Shown: one piece after another, positions 50,150 to 60,175 of the stretch | Numbering within the stretch: position 1 is the first letter of the stretch | How the letters are laid out: each line of letters begins with the position of its first letter | Origin: a bacterium | GTDB taxonomy: Bacteria > Krumholzibacteriota > Krumholzibacteriia > LZORAL124-64-63 | Direction of reading: 5' to 3' | Length of the DNA stretch: 60,403 nucleotides | Assembly: GCA_031441465.1 (NCBI GenBank) | Contig: JANOEP010000036.1 | Coordinates: 1-60,403 of the forward strand | Translations under genes and position numbers: made by a program | Notes under the pieces: model-generated | Seen by the model: the letters and a program-made list of their open reading frames with translations, nothing else | The model's database searches: none | What the model was told of the DNA's origin: nothing

Positions 50150-52336
50150 GTGCCCGCTTGCCGACACCCGCTGCGCCCCCGACTGTGGCTCCTGCGCCCC
50201 GCCTGCTGCCTGCTGGCGATCCTGTGGGCGGCCCCGCTCGTCGCCCAACCGGCCGCCGGCCCCCTCGCGGAAGCGCTCGGAACGGGCATCGTCCGTTTCC
50301 ACGCCGATGCGGAGGCGCGCGCCGCAGCCGCCCCTTCGTTGGCCATGCTCACGACCTTGCCGGCCCCGGTCCCCGCGCCGGCGGCGCCGACGGTGCGTCC
50401 CGAGTTCTACCGGGTCGAGGGCCGCGCCGCCGCGCGCATCGCGATCCCCGAGGGCACCGACCTCTACGGCACCGGCGAGGTCTTCGGCCCCCTGCGCCGC
50501 AACGGCACCCGCACGGTCTGCTGGAACCACGACGCCTACGCCTACGACGGCGACACGCCGCACCTCTACCAGTCGCACCCCTGGGTGCTGGCGGTGCGGC
50601 CGGACGGCACCGCCTTCGGCGTGCTGGCCGACACGAGCTGGCGCACGCTCATCGACCTGACGTCCGGCATCCTGTTCGTGGCCAACGGCCCGCGCTTCCC
50701 CGTGGTGGTCGTGGACCGCGAGTCGCCGCAGGCGGTGCTGCGCGGCCTGGCCGAACTGTGCGGGACCATGGACCTGCCGCCCCTGTGGTCCCTGGGCTAC
50801 CACCAGTGCCGCTACTCGTACACGCCGGACGACCGCGTGCGCGAGATCGCCCGCGAGTTCCGCGCGCGCGACCTCCCCTGCGACGTCGTCTGGCTGGACA
50901 TCGACTACCTGGACGGCAACCGGTCCTTCACCTTCGATCCCGTCGCGTTCCCCGACCCCGCCCGGCTCGACGCCGACCTCGCCGCGCAGGGCTTCCACAC
51001 CATCGCGATCATCGACCCGGGCATCAAGCGGGAGGACGGGTACGCCGTCTACGACAGCGGCGAGTCGGTGGACGCCTGGGTCCGCACCTACGACGGCGCG
51101 CCGTACGTCGGCCGCGTGTGGCCCGGCGACTGCGTCTGGCCGGACTTCACCAACCGCCGCGTGCGCGCGTGGTGGGGCGGCCTGTACGCGGACTTCCTCG
51201 CGACGGGGATCGACGGCGTCTGGAACGACATGAACGAGCCCGCGGTCTTCAACGTCGACAGCAAGACCATGCCCGAGGACAACCTCCACCGCGCCGACGC
51301 GGACCTCGGCGGGACCGGCCCGCACGCCCGCTACCACAACGTCTACGGCATGCTCATGGCCCGCGCCACGCGCGAGGGGATGCTGGCCGCGCGCCCGCAG
51401 CGGCGGCCCTTCGTGCTGACGCGCGCCAACTTCCTGGGCGGGCACCGCTACGCCGCCACCTGGACCGGCGACAACGTGGCGTCGTGGCGGCACCTCGACG
51501 CTTCGCTCGCCATGGTCCTGAACCTCGGCCTGTCGGGGCAGCCCTTCGCCGGTCCCGACATCGGCGGCTTCGAAGGCCAGGGGAACGGCGCGCTGTACGC
51601 GCGCTGGATGGGCTTCGGCGCGCTGCTGCCCTTCGCCCGCGGCCACACCGGCAAGGGGAACATCGACAAGGAGCCCTGGGCCTTCGGGCCGGAGGTCGAG
51701 GCCACCTGCCGCCGCGCCCTGCAGGGCCGGATGCGACTGCTGCCCCACCTCTACACCCTCATGCGCGAGGCGGCGACGACGGGCCTGCCGGCGTGGCGGC
51801 CGCTCTTCTTCGCCGACCCCGCCGACCCGCGCCTGCGCGACGTCGACGACGCGGCCCTGATCGGCGACGACCTGATGATCGTCGTGAACACGTCCCCCGG
51901 AGCGGGCGAACCCGCGCCGGCGCTGCCGGCGGGCGACTGGCGCGAGGTGACCCGGCACGTCTTCGGCGAAGCCGGCGACCACGACCTGCCCCGCCTTTAC
52001 CTGCGCGACGGCGCCGTCCTGGCGCTCTCCGCGCCGGCGCCGCACACGGGCGCCGCGACGGGCCCCGTCACGCTGCTGGTCAACCCCGACCGGCAGGGCC
52101 GGGCCTCCTGCGTCGTGTACCGCGACGAGGGTGAGGGCTTCGCCTACCGGGACGGCCAGTACGGGCTCTCCCGCATCACGGCGGTCGTGCGCGGCCCTCA
52201 CGTCGACCTGTCGTGCCGCTCGCTCGAGGGGACGTGGCCGGCGCTGTCCGGCGCGGGAGCGGTCGTCTTGCTCGCGGGCGATGCAGAGGCTACCGTCGCC
52301 GCATCTTGGCCGGGATCCTTCGACCTGCAGCCGTAG
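50150..52336 (+). CDS. Glycoside hydrolase family 31 alpha-glucosidase
   Basis: LYQSHPW, WLDIDYLD, WNDMNEP nucleophile, WTGDN and GPDIGGF. Confidence 0.92.
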   Translation: MPACRHPLRPRLWLLRPACCLLAILWAAPLVAQPAAGPLAEALGTGIVRFHADAEARAAAAPSLAMLTTLPAPVPAPAAPTVRPEFYRVEGRAAARIAIPEGTDLYGTGEVFGPLRRNGTRTVCWNHDAYAYDGDTPHLYQSHPWVLAVRPDGTAFGVLADTSWRTLIDLTSGILFVANGPRFPVVVVDRESPQAVLRGLAELCGTMDLPPLWSLGYHQCRYSYTPDDRVREIAREFRARDLPCDVVWLDIDYLDGNRSFTFDPVAFPDPARLDADLAAQGFHTIAIIDPGIKREDGYAVYDSGESVDAWVRTYDGAPYVGRVWPGDCVWPDFTNRRVRAWWGGLYADFLATGIDGVWNDMNEPAVFNVDSKTMPEDNLHRADADLGGTGPHARYHNVYGMLMARATREGMLAARPQRRPFVLTRANFLGGHRYAATWTGDNVASWRHLDASLAMVLNLGLSGQPFAGPDIGGFEGQGNGALYARWMGFGALLPFARGHTGKGNIDKEPWAFGPEVEATCRRALQGRMRLLPHLYTLMREAATTGLPAWRPLFFADPADPRLRDVDDAALIGDDLMIVVNTSPGAGEPAPALPAGDWREVTRHVFGEAGDHDLPRLYLRDGAVLALSAPAPHTGAATGPVTLLVNPDRQGRASCVVYRDEGEGFAYRDGQYGLSRITAVVRGPHVDLSCRSLEGTWPALSGAGAVVLLAGDAEATVAASWPGSFDLQP

Positions 52337-52347
52337 GCGATGAAACC

Positions 52348-53271
52348 ATGACCGTCCTGAACATCGTCCTGCCCATCTTCCTGGTCATCGGCCTGGGCTA
52401 CGCCCTGCGCCGCCTGCGCTTCGTCACGACCGAGGGCAACGCCGTCCTGACGCGGCTGGTCTTCTACGTGGCGGCGCCGGTGCTGCTGGTGCGCGGCGCC
52501 GCCGGCACGTCGCTGCGCAGCAGCCTCGACCCGCGCGTCCTGGGCGTCTTCATCGTCGTGAGCGTGCTGGTCGCGGCCGTGACGTACGCGCTGGCGTTCC
52601 GGTCCCCCGCAGCGCGGCGCGGCGTCTTCGCGCAGGGATCGCACCGCAGCAACATGGTCTTCGTGGGCCTGCCGCTGGTCATGAACGCCTTCGGCGAGGA
52701 GGCCGTCGGGCAGATCTCGGTGCTGGTGGGCGCGATGGTCGTGGTCTACAACGTGCTGTCGATCGTGGTGCTGACCCTCCCCCACCACGGCGGGGGGCCG
52801 GGGCGGCGGGTGGATCTGGCGGGCATGCTGAAGCGCATCGCGGTCAACCCGCTGGCGCTCGGCAGCGCGGGCGGCATCGTCCTGTCGGCGACCGGCATCG
52901 CCATCCCGGCGACCCTCGGCAGCGCCATGGACCTCGTGGGCGGCACCGCCCTGCCCTTGGCCCTGGTGTCGGTCGGCGCGGGCCTGGACCTGGCTCGCCT
53001 TCGCCGCGAACTGAGGGGCGCCGCGACGACCTGCGTCCTGAAACTCGGCCTCTACCCCGCACTCGTCTACGTCGGGCTGCGCGCGCTCGGCCTCGACGGT
53101 GTCGCCCTGCAGGCGCCGGTGCTGCTGGCCGCCACGCCCACCGCCGTGGTCAGCTACGTCATGGCGCAGGAGATGCAGGGCGACGAGCAGCTCGCCGGCG
53201 CCATGGTCATCGGCACCACGCTGCTCTCGCTGCCGACGAGCATCCTCTGGCTGCTGCTGCTCGGCGTCTGA
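52348..53271 (+). CDS. AEC (auxin efflux carrier) family transporter
   Basis: LPIFLVIGLGY, SNMVFVGLP, PLALVSVG and PTA. Confidence 0.85.
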   Translation: MTVLNIVLPIFLVIGLGYALRRLRFVTTEGNAVLTRLVFYVAAPVLLVRGAAGTSLRSSLDPRVLGVFIVVSVLVAAVTYALAFRSPAARRGVFAQGSHRSNMVFVGLPLVMNAFGEEAVGQISVLVGAMVVVYNVLSIVVLTLPHHGGGPGRRVDLAGMLKRIAVNPLALGSAGGIVLSATGIAIPATLGSAMDLVGGTALPLALVSVGAGLDLARLRRELRGAATTCVLKLGLYPALVYVGLRALGLDGVALQAPVLLAATPTAVVSYVMAQEMQGDEQLAGAMVIGTTLLSLPTSILWLLLLGV

Positions 53272-53291
53272 CACCCGCGGCCTCCGGGAGG

Positions 53292-54704
53292 ATGCGCATG
53301 GGAACCGACCGACGCGACTTCCTCAAGCTGATCGTCGCTGCCACGGCCGCCTCCGCCCTGCCGGCGTGGTCCGGTTCGCCGGCGCCCGCTCCCGAGCCCA
53401 GGCCCGCGACCGCGCTCCCGCGCCGTCCCGACATTCTGGTCGTGCTGGCCGACGACCACCGCCACGACGCCCTCGGCTGCGCCGGCCACCCCTACGTGCA
53501 GACGCCCGCCCTGGACCGCGTCGCGGCCGGAGGCGTCCGCTTCACGAACGCCTGCGTGACGACCTCGCTTTGCAGCCCGTCGCGCGCCAGCTACCTGACG
53601 GGCTGCTACCCGCACCGGCACGGCCTCTGCACCAACGCCAACCGCTCCCTGAGGTCGGACCTGCCCACCTACCCGGCGCTGTTGCAGGCGGCCGGCTACG
53701 AGACGGCCTTCCTGGGCAAGTGGCACCTCGGCGAACAGACCGCCCGCCAGCCCGGCTTCGACCACTGGGCCGTGCTGCGCGGCCAGGGCGCCTACGCGCC
53801 CAACGACCTCGTGGTCGACGACCAACCCGTCCGCGAGGAACGCTACATCACCGACGCGCTCACCGAGCGCGCCGTGGAGATCATGACGCGGCCCCGCGAC
53901 AAGCCGTTGCTGCTGGTGCTGAGCCACAAGGCGGCGCACGGCCCCTTCGTACCGGCGGAACGCCATGCCCGGCTCTACGCCGACGAGGATCCGGATCTTT
54001 ACTGGGCCCCGGACGAAGACGTCTCCCGCAAGCCGTCCCGGCCGGATCGCACGACCTACGAGTCCCAGCGCGGTTCGGTCCTGGATTATTACCGCTGCCT
54101 GGCCGCCGTCGACGAGAGCATGGCCGCCCTGGACGCCGAGCTGGAGAAGACGGGCCGGCGCGACGACACGCTTCTGGTCTACACCAGCGACAACGGTTTC
54201 CTGCTCGGCGAGCACGGCGGGCTGTGGGACAAGCGCTGCGCCTACGAGCCGGCCATCCGGGTGCCGCTGCTCGTGCGCTGGCCGCGCACCCTGCCCGGCG
54301 GCGCCGTCAGCGGGGAACTGGCCCTGAACCTCGACCTGCTGCCGTCGCTGCTCGAGGCCGCGGGCGTGAAGGTCCCGCCTGGCGTCCAGGGCCGCTCCTG
54401 GCTGCCGCTCGCCCGCGGCGGGACCGGTCGCGACGAGTTCCTCTACGAGTATTTCCAGGACGAGGGCCCGGTCGGCTCGCTGGTCGCCGTGCGCACGCGC
54501 CGCTGGAAGTACGTGGCGCCCCTGGACCACCACGGCGGCCGCAACGCGCGACAGCCGGTGGAGATGTACGACCTCGCCGCCGATCCCGGCGAGCTGCGCA
54601 ACCTCGCGGGCGACCCGGCATTCGCGGCCGAACGGGAAGAACTGGAAAGAACCCTCGTGCGGCTGATGGACGAGACGGGCTACGTCTTCTGCGGGTCGCG
54701 ATGA
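53292..54704 (+). CDS. Tat-exported Cys-type sulfatase
   Basis: DRRDFLK Tat motif, ADDH, CSPSRASYLTG, GKWHLG and SDNG. Confidence 0.92.
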   Translation: MRMGTDRRDFLKLIVAATAASALPAWSGSPAPAPEPRPATALPRRPDILVVLADDHRHDALGCAGHPYVQTPALDRVAAGGVRFTNACVTTSLCSPSRASYLTGCYPHRHGLCTNANRSLRSDLPTYPALLQAAGYETAFLGKWHLGEQTARQPGFDHWAVLRGQGAYAPNDLVVDDQPVREERYITDALTERAVEIMTRPRDKPLLLVLSHKAAHGPFVPAERHARLYADEDPDLYWAPDEDVSRKPSRPDRTTYESQRGSVLDYYRCLAAVDESMAALDAELEKTGRRDDTLLVYTSDNGFLLGEHGGLWDKRCAYEPAIRVPLLVRWPRTLPGGAVSGELALNLDLLPSLLEAAGVKVPPGVQGRSWLPLARGGTGRDEFLYEYFQDEGPVGSLVAVRTRRWKYVAPLDHHGGRNARQPVEMYDLAADPGELRNLAGDPAFAAEREELERTLVRLMDETGYVFCGSR

Positions 54705-55828
54705 CGGCCGCCCCGCGCGGGCCGTCCCTGCTGCTGGTCAAGCCTGCCGGCGCCGACTGCAACTTCCGCTGCGACTACTGTTTCTACCTCGACGCCGACG
54801 CCCGCCGCGGCGCGTCCCGCCGCCGCATGAGCGACGAGGTCCTCGAACGGATGATCGCCTCCTACCTCGCGCTCGACCTGCCGGTCCACGCCTTCTGCTG
54901 GCAGGGTGGCGAACCGACGCTGATGGGTCTCGACTTTTACCGCAGGGTGACGGAACTGCAGGAGCGGCACGGCCGGCCCGGCACGGTCATCGCCAACAGC
55001 CTGCAGACCAACGCCGCGCTGATCGACGACGCGTTCGCCGATCACCTGGCCGAGTACCGCTTCCTGGTGGGGTGCAGCCTCGACGGGCCGCCGCGCCTGC
55101 ACGACCGGCGGCGGCGCGGCGCGCAGGGAGGCGCAACCCACGAACACACCGTGACCGGGTTGCGCCGGCTGCAAGCGCGGGACGTGGCGGTCAACGCCCT
55201 CTGCGTGGTCCACGACGTCAACGTCGGCCACGCACGCGAGGTGTTCGGCCATCTCGCCGGACTGGGCTTCGACCACCTGCAGTTCCTGCCCTGCGTCGAG
55301 TTCGGGCCCGATGGCGCGCCGCGGCCCTGGACGATCGACGGGCGGGGGTGGGGAGAGTTCCTGATCGGGATCTTCGAGGCGTGGCGGGACACGGGGATGA
55401 CGGTCTCGGTGCGGAACCTCGACGCCGTCCTGCAGCGATTGGTCGACGATCGGCCAGGGGACTGCACGATGGATGACAGTTGCCGGCAGTACTTGGTCGT
55501 CGAGCACGACGGGGGGTACTATCCCTGCGATTTCAACGTCTCGCCGGACCGTCGCCTGGGCAACGTCATGGACATGACGCCCGCCGCCGCGATGGCCGCG
55601 ACGGGCATGGTCGAATTCGGTGCAGGCAAGGCGCCTGCGTCGACCTCCTGTCCGGCGTGCCGGCACTTCGACATCTGCCGCGGCGGCTGCCCTGCCAGGC
55701 GCGATCCGCGCGAAGCCGCGGGCAGGGAGTGGCTGTGCGAGGGGACGCTCGCCCACCTGGACCATGCGCGAGGATATCTGGAGTTCCTGGCGGACGGGAT
55801 CCGCAGGGCGCAGCGGGAAGGCGCCTGA
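54701..55828 (+). CDS. Anaerobic sulfatase maturase (radical SAM/SPASM)
   Basis: KPAGADCNFRCDYCFY, WQGGEPTL, LQTN, YPCD and CxxC-x5-C-x3-C SPASM; ATGA overlap with the sulfatase. Confidence 0.9.
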   Translation: MTAAPRGPSLLLVKPAGADCNFRCDYCFYLDADARRGASRRRMSDEVLERMIASYLALDLPVHAFCWQGGEPTLMGLDFYRRVTELQERHGRPGTVIANSLQTNAALIDDAFADHLAEYRFLVGCSLDGPPRLHDRRRRGAQGGATHEHTVTGLRRLQARDVAVNALCVVHDVNVGHAREVFGHLAGLGFDHLQFLPCVEFGPDGAPRPWTIDGRGWGEFLIGIFEAWRDTGMTVSVRNLDAVLQRLVDDRPGDCTMDDSCRQYLVVEHDGGYYPCDFNVSPDRRLGNVMDMTPAAAMAATGMVEFGAGKAPASTSCPACRHFDICRGGCPARRDPREAAGREWLCEGTLAHLDHARGYLEFLADGIRRAQREGA

Positions 55829-55847
55829 AGATCCGCTTCGCGGCCGT

Positions 55848-56930
55848 TCAGGACCCGCCCCCGTTCCACGGCAGTCCGGGATCGAAGAAGTGCAGCCCCT
55901 GTCCCAGCTTCACCCCGATCACCGCTGCCGGGTAGCGCGCCACCAGCTCCGGATGCGCGAAAAACCCGGCCGCCTGCCTTTCCCCCCGCCCGACCATCTC
56001 AAAGCTGACATCCAGCGGTCGCTCGATGTTGGGGGCATAAGCCACCCGCACCAAGCACTCCGAAGCGCCCGTCTGCACAGCCCTGACCGCCGCCTCGCGC
56101 GCCCCGTACGACCCGATCCGGTCGATGTGCGAGAGGTGCTTGCCCGACAGCGCCCCGCCGCCGATCGGGATGCGCGGGCCGTAGAAGTCCATGACGAGCT
56201 TGCGGCCGGTCTGGCCGTTGTCGCCGTTGCTGCCGGCCTGCACCAGCGGGCCGTTCGGGTTGATCATCAGCCCGATCTCGTCCCAGCGGGCGCGCCAGCG
56301 CGGGTCGCGCTCCCTCGCTTCGGAGTAAGCGCGCGCGAGCACCAGCACGACCGCCTCGCAAACATCCATGAACGCGGCGTCGGCATGCTGCTGGAGCGTG
56401 ACCAGTAAATGTTCCACGATCCAGCGCCCGCCCTCCTCGCGCATACGCAGCAGCAACTTGCCGTCCGGCCCCTGCCCGGCCAGCGGTCCTTCAGCGCAGG
56501 CAGAGGCCAGCGCCTCGCGGAACACGTGGCAAAGGTAGTGTTCCGGCGGCAGGTAGCGCGTGTTCGCGTCGTAACCTGCCCAGCCCAGCACCACGCTCTG
56601 GTCGTTGACCTTCCCCGTGAACCGCGCGGGATCGTCCAGCACTTCGCACACGGCGCTGTGCACCGTGTAGCGGTTGGCGTCGACGTGGTTGCCGGGGACG
56701 TAGCCGATGTCCAGCCCCGTTTGAACCACGATGTCCCGCAGCGTGCGCGCCAGGGGCCGGCGGGTGCAGACGCCGCCCGTCAGCCAGAGTTGGCAGGACC
56801 AGACGGCGGCCTCGATCTGCGCGTAGGCGTCCGCATCGACGCCGACGCATTCGGCGACGATGGCGTCGGCGACCTGGTCGCAGAACTTGTCGGGGTGGCC
56901 GGACAGGACGATTTCGCTGATGCGGATCAT
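55848..56930 (-). CDS. Divergent methionine adenosyltransferase (MetK)-like protein
   Basis: SEIVLSGHPDKFCDQVAD, NDQS, PDGK, NPNG...GDNGQTGRKLVMDFYG and GGGALSGK...DR; 360 aa. Confidence 0.85.
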   Translation of the reverse strand: MIRISEIVLSGHPDKFCDQVADAIVAECVGVDADAYAQIEAAVWSCQLWLTGGVCTRRPLARTLRDIVVQTGLDIGYVPGNHVDANRYTVHSAVCEVLDDPARFTGKVNDQSVVLGWAGYDANTRYLPPEHYLCHVFREALASACAEGPLAGQGPDGKLLLRMREEGGRWIVEHLLVTLQQHADAAFMDVCEAVVLVLARAYSEARERDPRWRARWDEIGLMINPNGPLVQAGSNGDNGQTGRKLVMDFYGPRIPIGGGALSGKHLSHIDRIGSYGAREAAVRAVQTGASECLVRVAYAPNIERPLDVSFEMVGRGERQAAGFFAHPELVARYPAAVIGVKLGQGLHFFDPGLPWNGGGS

Positions 56931-58309
56931 GTGCGGTTTCCTTTCAGTTCCGGGAGCTGGGTGTAGGCGAGGCCGGCGCGCTCCAGCGCGGCGGGATTGC
57001 CGTCGCGGCTGACCAGCACGTGCAGCTTCGTGCCGGACGCCCTCGCCACGAGCTGCGGGTCCAGGGCCTCGATGTAGCCGTCGGTGACCACCACGGCGGA
57101 GGCCGGGCGCGTCCTGATCACGTGTTCCAGCACGCAGGACAGGCTGGTGCCGCCCGTGGTCTGAGCCTTCAGGACGCCGCGCTCGATGACGGCGGGCGCG
57201 ACGACGTCGCTGAAGGCCCAGAACGGCCGGCGGATCAGGCCGGAGAGCTGGCCGAGCAGGTTCACGATCTGCGGCATCTCGGCGTGCATGGATCCCGACA
57301 CGTCCAGGTAGACCTGGGCCGTGCCGGCGCGGCGCGGCGCGGACCCCTCCCAGGCCGCTTCCGGCAGGAAGGGCGTCCACTGCGCGCGCAGGAAGGCGCG
57401 GCGGTCTCCCGACGACAGCACCGGCAGCCGGTAGTCGCACGGGGAGTCGACGCGGCGCCGTGAGCGGCGATCGGGCGAGAGATGGCGGCGGAGGATCGCG
57501 AGCGTCGTCGCCCGCCAGCGCCGCAACGGCGCGTCGTCCGCCCTGATGAGCGCCTCGTAGGGGTTGGCGCCGACGCCGCGGCTGCCGGGTGAACGCCAGA
57601 TGCCGTGGCCGTTCATCTCCTTCATCGCCCGCTCCAGGGCGTCGCGCAGGGGACCCACCAGTTCTTGGTCGAACTCGTCGTGGTTGCCCAGCAGGTCGCC
57701 GGGCTCGTCGGACCCGTCGTCCCCGAACGTGAAGGGCCCCGGGCCCTGCACCTCCGTCGACGGATTCTCGAGCTGCTCCGCCAGGGCTTCGATGTCGTCG
57801 GCGATCAGTCCGCCCCGGTACAGCGACTCCCAGGCCAGAACCCAGGACGGCAACCGGCTCCGCTCCTCGCAACTGCGGACGGTCTTCAAACAGTCGGACT
57901 CCTGCGCGCCCATCGGTCGCAGCAGCTTGCGGCGGCCGGCCGCCTTCGCGTAGTAGCGCGCGAAGATCGAGGAGTACCCCGGCCCGTGCTGACGGTGGAT
58001 GATGGCGTTGATCACGGCGTCGACGGCCAGATGACGGGCCGGCGTCACCGGCCGCCTCTGCTCGGTGTGGCGCAGGATCACGTGCAGGAACTCGTGACAG
58101 ACGACCGCCTTCACCTCGTCGTCGTTCGCGCAATGCCCGCCGATGAAGTCGAGGTTGACCAGCAGCCGCGGACGGTCCGTGCAGGTCACGGCCAAGGTCA
58201 GCACCGCCGTGGTGAATTCGATCTCCAGGATCTGCAGCGCGGCTCGGATGGCGAAGGGGTTCTCGTCGATCAGCTCCAGCAGGATCGAGCGGAAGCGTCG
58301 TTCGTTCAT
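56927..58309 (-). CDS. HExxH putative metallopeptidase plus vWA domain protein (DUF2201-like MoxR partner)
   Basis: HEFLHVILRH...AVDAVIN; MIDAS DVSGS, GGTS and VVTDG. Confidence 0.85.
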   Translation of the reverse strand: MNERRFRSILLELIDENPFAIRAALQILEIEFTTAVLTLAVTCTDRPRLLVNLDFIGGHCANDDEVKAVVCHEFLHVILRHTEQRRPVTPARHLAVDAVINAIIHRQHGPGYSSIFARYYAKAAGRRKLLRPMGAQESDCLKTVRSCEERSRLPSWVLAWESLYRGGLIADDIEALAEQLENPSTEVQGPGPFTFGDDGSDEPGDLLGNHDEFDQELVGPLRDALERAMKEMNGHGIWRSPGSRGVGANPYEALIRADDAPLRRWRATTLAILRRHLSPDRRSRRRVDSPCDYRLPVLSSGDRRAFLRAQWTPFLPEAAWEGSAPRRAGTAQVYLDVSGSMHAEMPQIVNLLGQLSGLIRRPFWAFSDVVAPAVIERGVLKAQTTGGTSLSCVLEHVIRTRPASAVVVTDGYIEALDPQLVARASGTKLHVLVSRDGNPAALERAGLAYTQLPELKGNRT

Positions 58310-58773
58310 GAGTAGAATCCATCCAGGTCGAAGAGTTCGAGACCGCGTCCGAGGCTGGCCTCGGTCCAGAGCACCGGCCGCGCCGGGTCGTAGATCTGCG
58401 CCGTGCAGAGGCCCAGCATCAGCGCCTGGCGCAGCACCGCAGTGCGTTGGCCGCTTGCCGCGGACAGCCGCGGGGCATCGGGAGGCAGCGACCGGCAGAC
58501 CAGTCGCCTCTCCGGCAACTGGAACACGCCCCGCAGGTCTTCGGGATCGGCGTAGCCGGCTTCGGCCAGCAGGTTCTCCAGCGCCTCGACACGCGTCGGT
58601 GCGGCGAAATGGAGGCCCAAGCGGATCACGCACGGGCAGCGGATCTCGCCGTCGTCCTTGCCGAGCAGCGAGGAAGCGACCGTCTCGGTGCGGGTGCGGC
58701 TCATGGGGCCGCCCATGTTGGCGCGCAGGACGGGCCGCCGCTCCGTCTGCGCACACCATCCCGAGGCGATCAT
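58306..58773 (-). CDS. Hypothetical protein (155 aa; alternative start 58704)
   Basis: Fills the gap exactly, with ATGA overlaps to both neighbours; no recognisable motif. Confidence 0.55.
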   Translation of the reverse strand: MIASGWCAQTERRPVLRANMGGPMSRTRTETVASSLLGKDDGEIRCPCVIRLGLHFAAPTRVEALENLLAEAGYADPEDLRGVFQLPERRLVCRSLPPDAPRLSAASGQRTAVLRQALMLGLCTAQIYDPARPVLWTEASLGRGLELFDLDGFYS

Positions 58774-60170
58774 CGTTGCCACCATTCCGCGAGGTACCTG
58801 GCGCAGTCCTCGATCTCCTGCTCCAGCGCGGCCGGGTCCTCGGGACTGACCCGCTCGACCAGGCACCAGTTGAAGTACTGGCGCGCCCGCTCGTAGCGCC
58901 CGCTGTCGGCCTCCAAATCGGCGAGCACACGCGCGAAACGGTCGCAGTCGGGATGGACCGTGCCCTGCTCGGCGATGCGTTCCTGCCAGGAGATCTCGCC
59001 CGCCACCGACAAGATGGGAGCGGCCGCCTTGGCGAGGTCGTTGACCCCCTCCGCCCCGATGAAGAGAAAGCCCTTCGCCGCGGCCGCGTACGTGGCGAAG
59101 GCGAAGGCCGCGGCCCGTTCCTTGGATTCCGAAGCCAGCAGCTGGGCCACGGCCTGGGAGCACAGGTCCGGAGTCCGGCCGTGCTCGCCCAGGATCTTCA
59201 CCTTCCGCACCAGGGGATTCTCGACCAGGAATCGGTGGATCCAGCCGTCCTCGAACGGCGAGATGCAATCCAGCGCGTAGCGGTGAGCCGCCGCGACGGC
59301 TTCCTCCCTGACTTTCACCCCCCAGGTCCGCTGCGGCAGGCTGGCCTGGAGCACGCACAGGCACATCTGGTCGGTCGTCTCACCCGCGACGATCGTTGCT
59401 GCCAGCAGGCTGCGCACCATCAACCGCACGCGGCGCGGCGACACGCGGATGCCCGCGCTGTTGAGCGCCGAGACCGCGTGGACCATGTAGACCAGGATGC
59501 GTTCGGGGCAATCCTCGACCTGCTCGCGGAAGGTCTGTCGCCACGTTTCGACCAGCCCCTTGAGCCGCCCCGCGTCGTCCGCGATCCTCCCTTCTCCGCT
59601 CGGGTCGGCGATGAGCCGCCGCGCCTCATCGTCCAGACCTCTCCAGTCCGACGCTTCCACGAACAGCGCAAACCGATCGGCCAGTGCCTGATCCAGCGGC
59701 TCCGACCCCGCGTAGTCCTCGGCCCCCCCCCGGTCGGCCGAGCACGGGTTCATCGCCGCCCACCGGTAACGCAGCCTGGGCAGCGCGATCCCCTGGATCC
59801 GGCGCTCGTGCACGAGCGCGAACAGGCGGTTCTGGTGCTCGGGCTTGCAGCGGCTGATCTCGTCGATCAGCACCGACTCGGCGCCCCAGACCGTGGCCGG
59901 TGTTTCGAGAAATTTCACGGCGCCGCGCTCCTGGTCCGGATACGGGAACCCGACCAGGTCGTCGAACGAGATCAGGCTGGCGTTGTAGTGGCGGTGTTCG
60001 AGGCCCAGGGCTTCGGAGAGGGAATTGAGCAGGAAGGTCTTGCCGGTGCCCGAGGCCCCGATCAGCAGCAACGGGTCCTCGGTGACCAGCGCGGCCAGGA
60101 TCACTGGCTCGAGCCGGTCGAATCCGTAGACGCCGAGATCGCACAGGTGGGAATGCGCACGGGTAGGCAC
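58770..60170 (-). CDS. MoxR-like AAA+ ATPase
   Basis: Walker A GASGTGKT, Walker B VLIDE, AAMNP sensor, LDQALADRF Arg finger; AGGAGG RBS before GTG. Confidence 0.9.
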   Translation of the reverse strand: MPTRAHSHLCDLGVYGFDRLEPVILAALVTEDPLLLIGASGTGKTFLLNSLSEALGLEHRHYNASLISFDDLVGFPYPDQERGAVKFLETPATVWGAESVLIDEISRCKPEHQNRLFALVHERRIQGIALPRLRYRWAAMNPCSADRGGAEDYAGSEPLDQALADRFALFVEASDWRGLDDEARRLIADPSGEGRIADDAGRLKGLVETWRQTFREQVEDCPERILVYMVHAVSALNSAGIRVSPRRVRLMVRSLLAATIVAGETTDQMCLCVLQASLPQRTWGVKVREEAVAAAHRYALDCISPFEDGWIHRFLVENPLVRKVKILGEHGRTPDLCSQAVAQLLASESKERAAAFAFATYAAAAKGFLFIGAEGVNDLAKAAAPILSVAGEISWQERIAEQGTVHPDCDRFARVLADLEADSGRYERARQYFNWCLVERVSPEDPAALEQEIEDCARYLAEWWQR

Positions 60171-60175
60171 GTCGT

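Noticed and set aside
50150..52336. GH31 as a sulfoquinovosidase because of the neighbouring sulfatase
   Set aside because: The nucleophile motif is WNDMNEP (alpha-glucosidase type), not the WMADFGE of sulfoquinovosidases.
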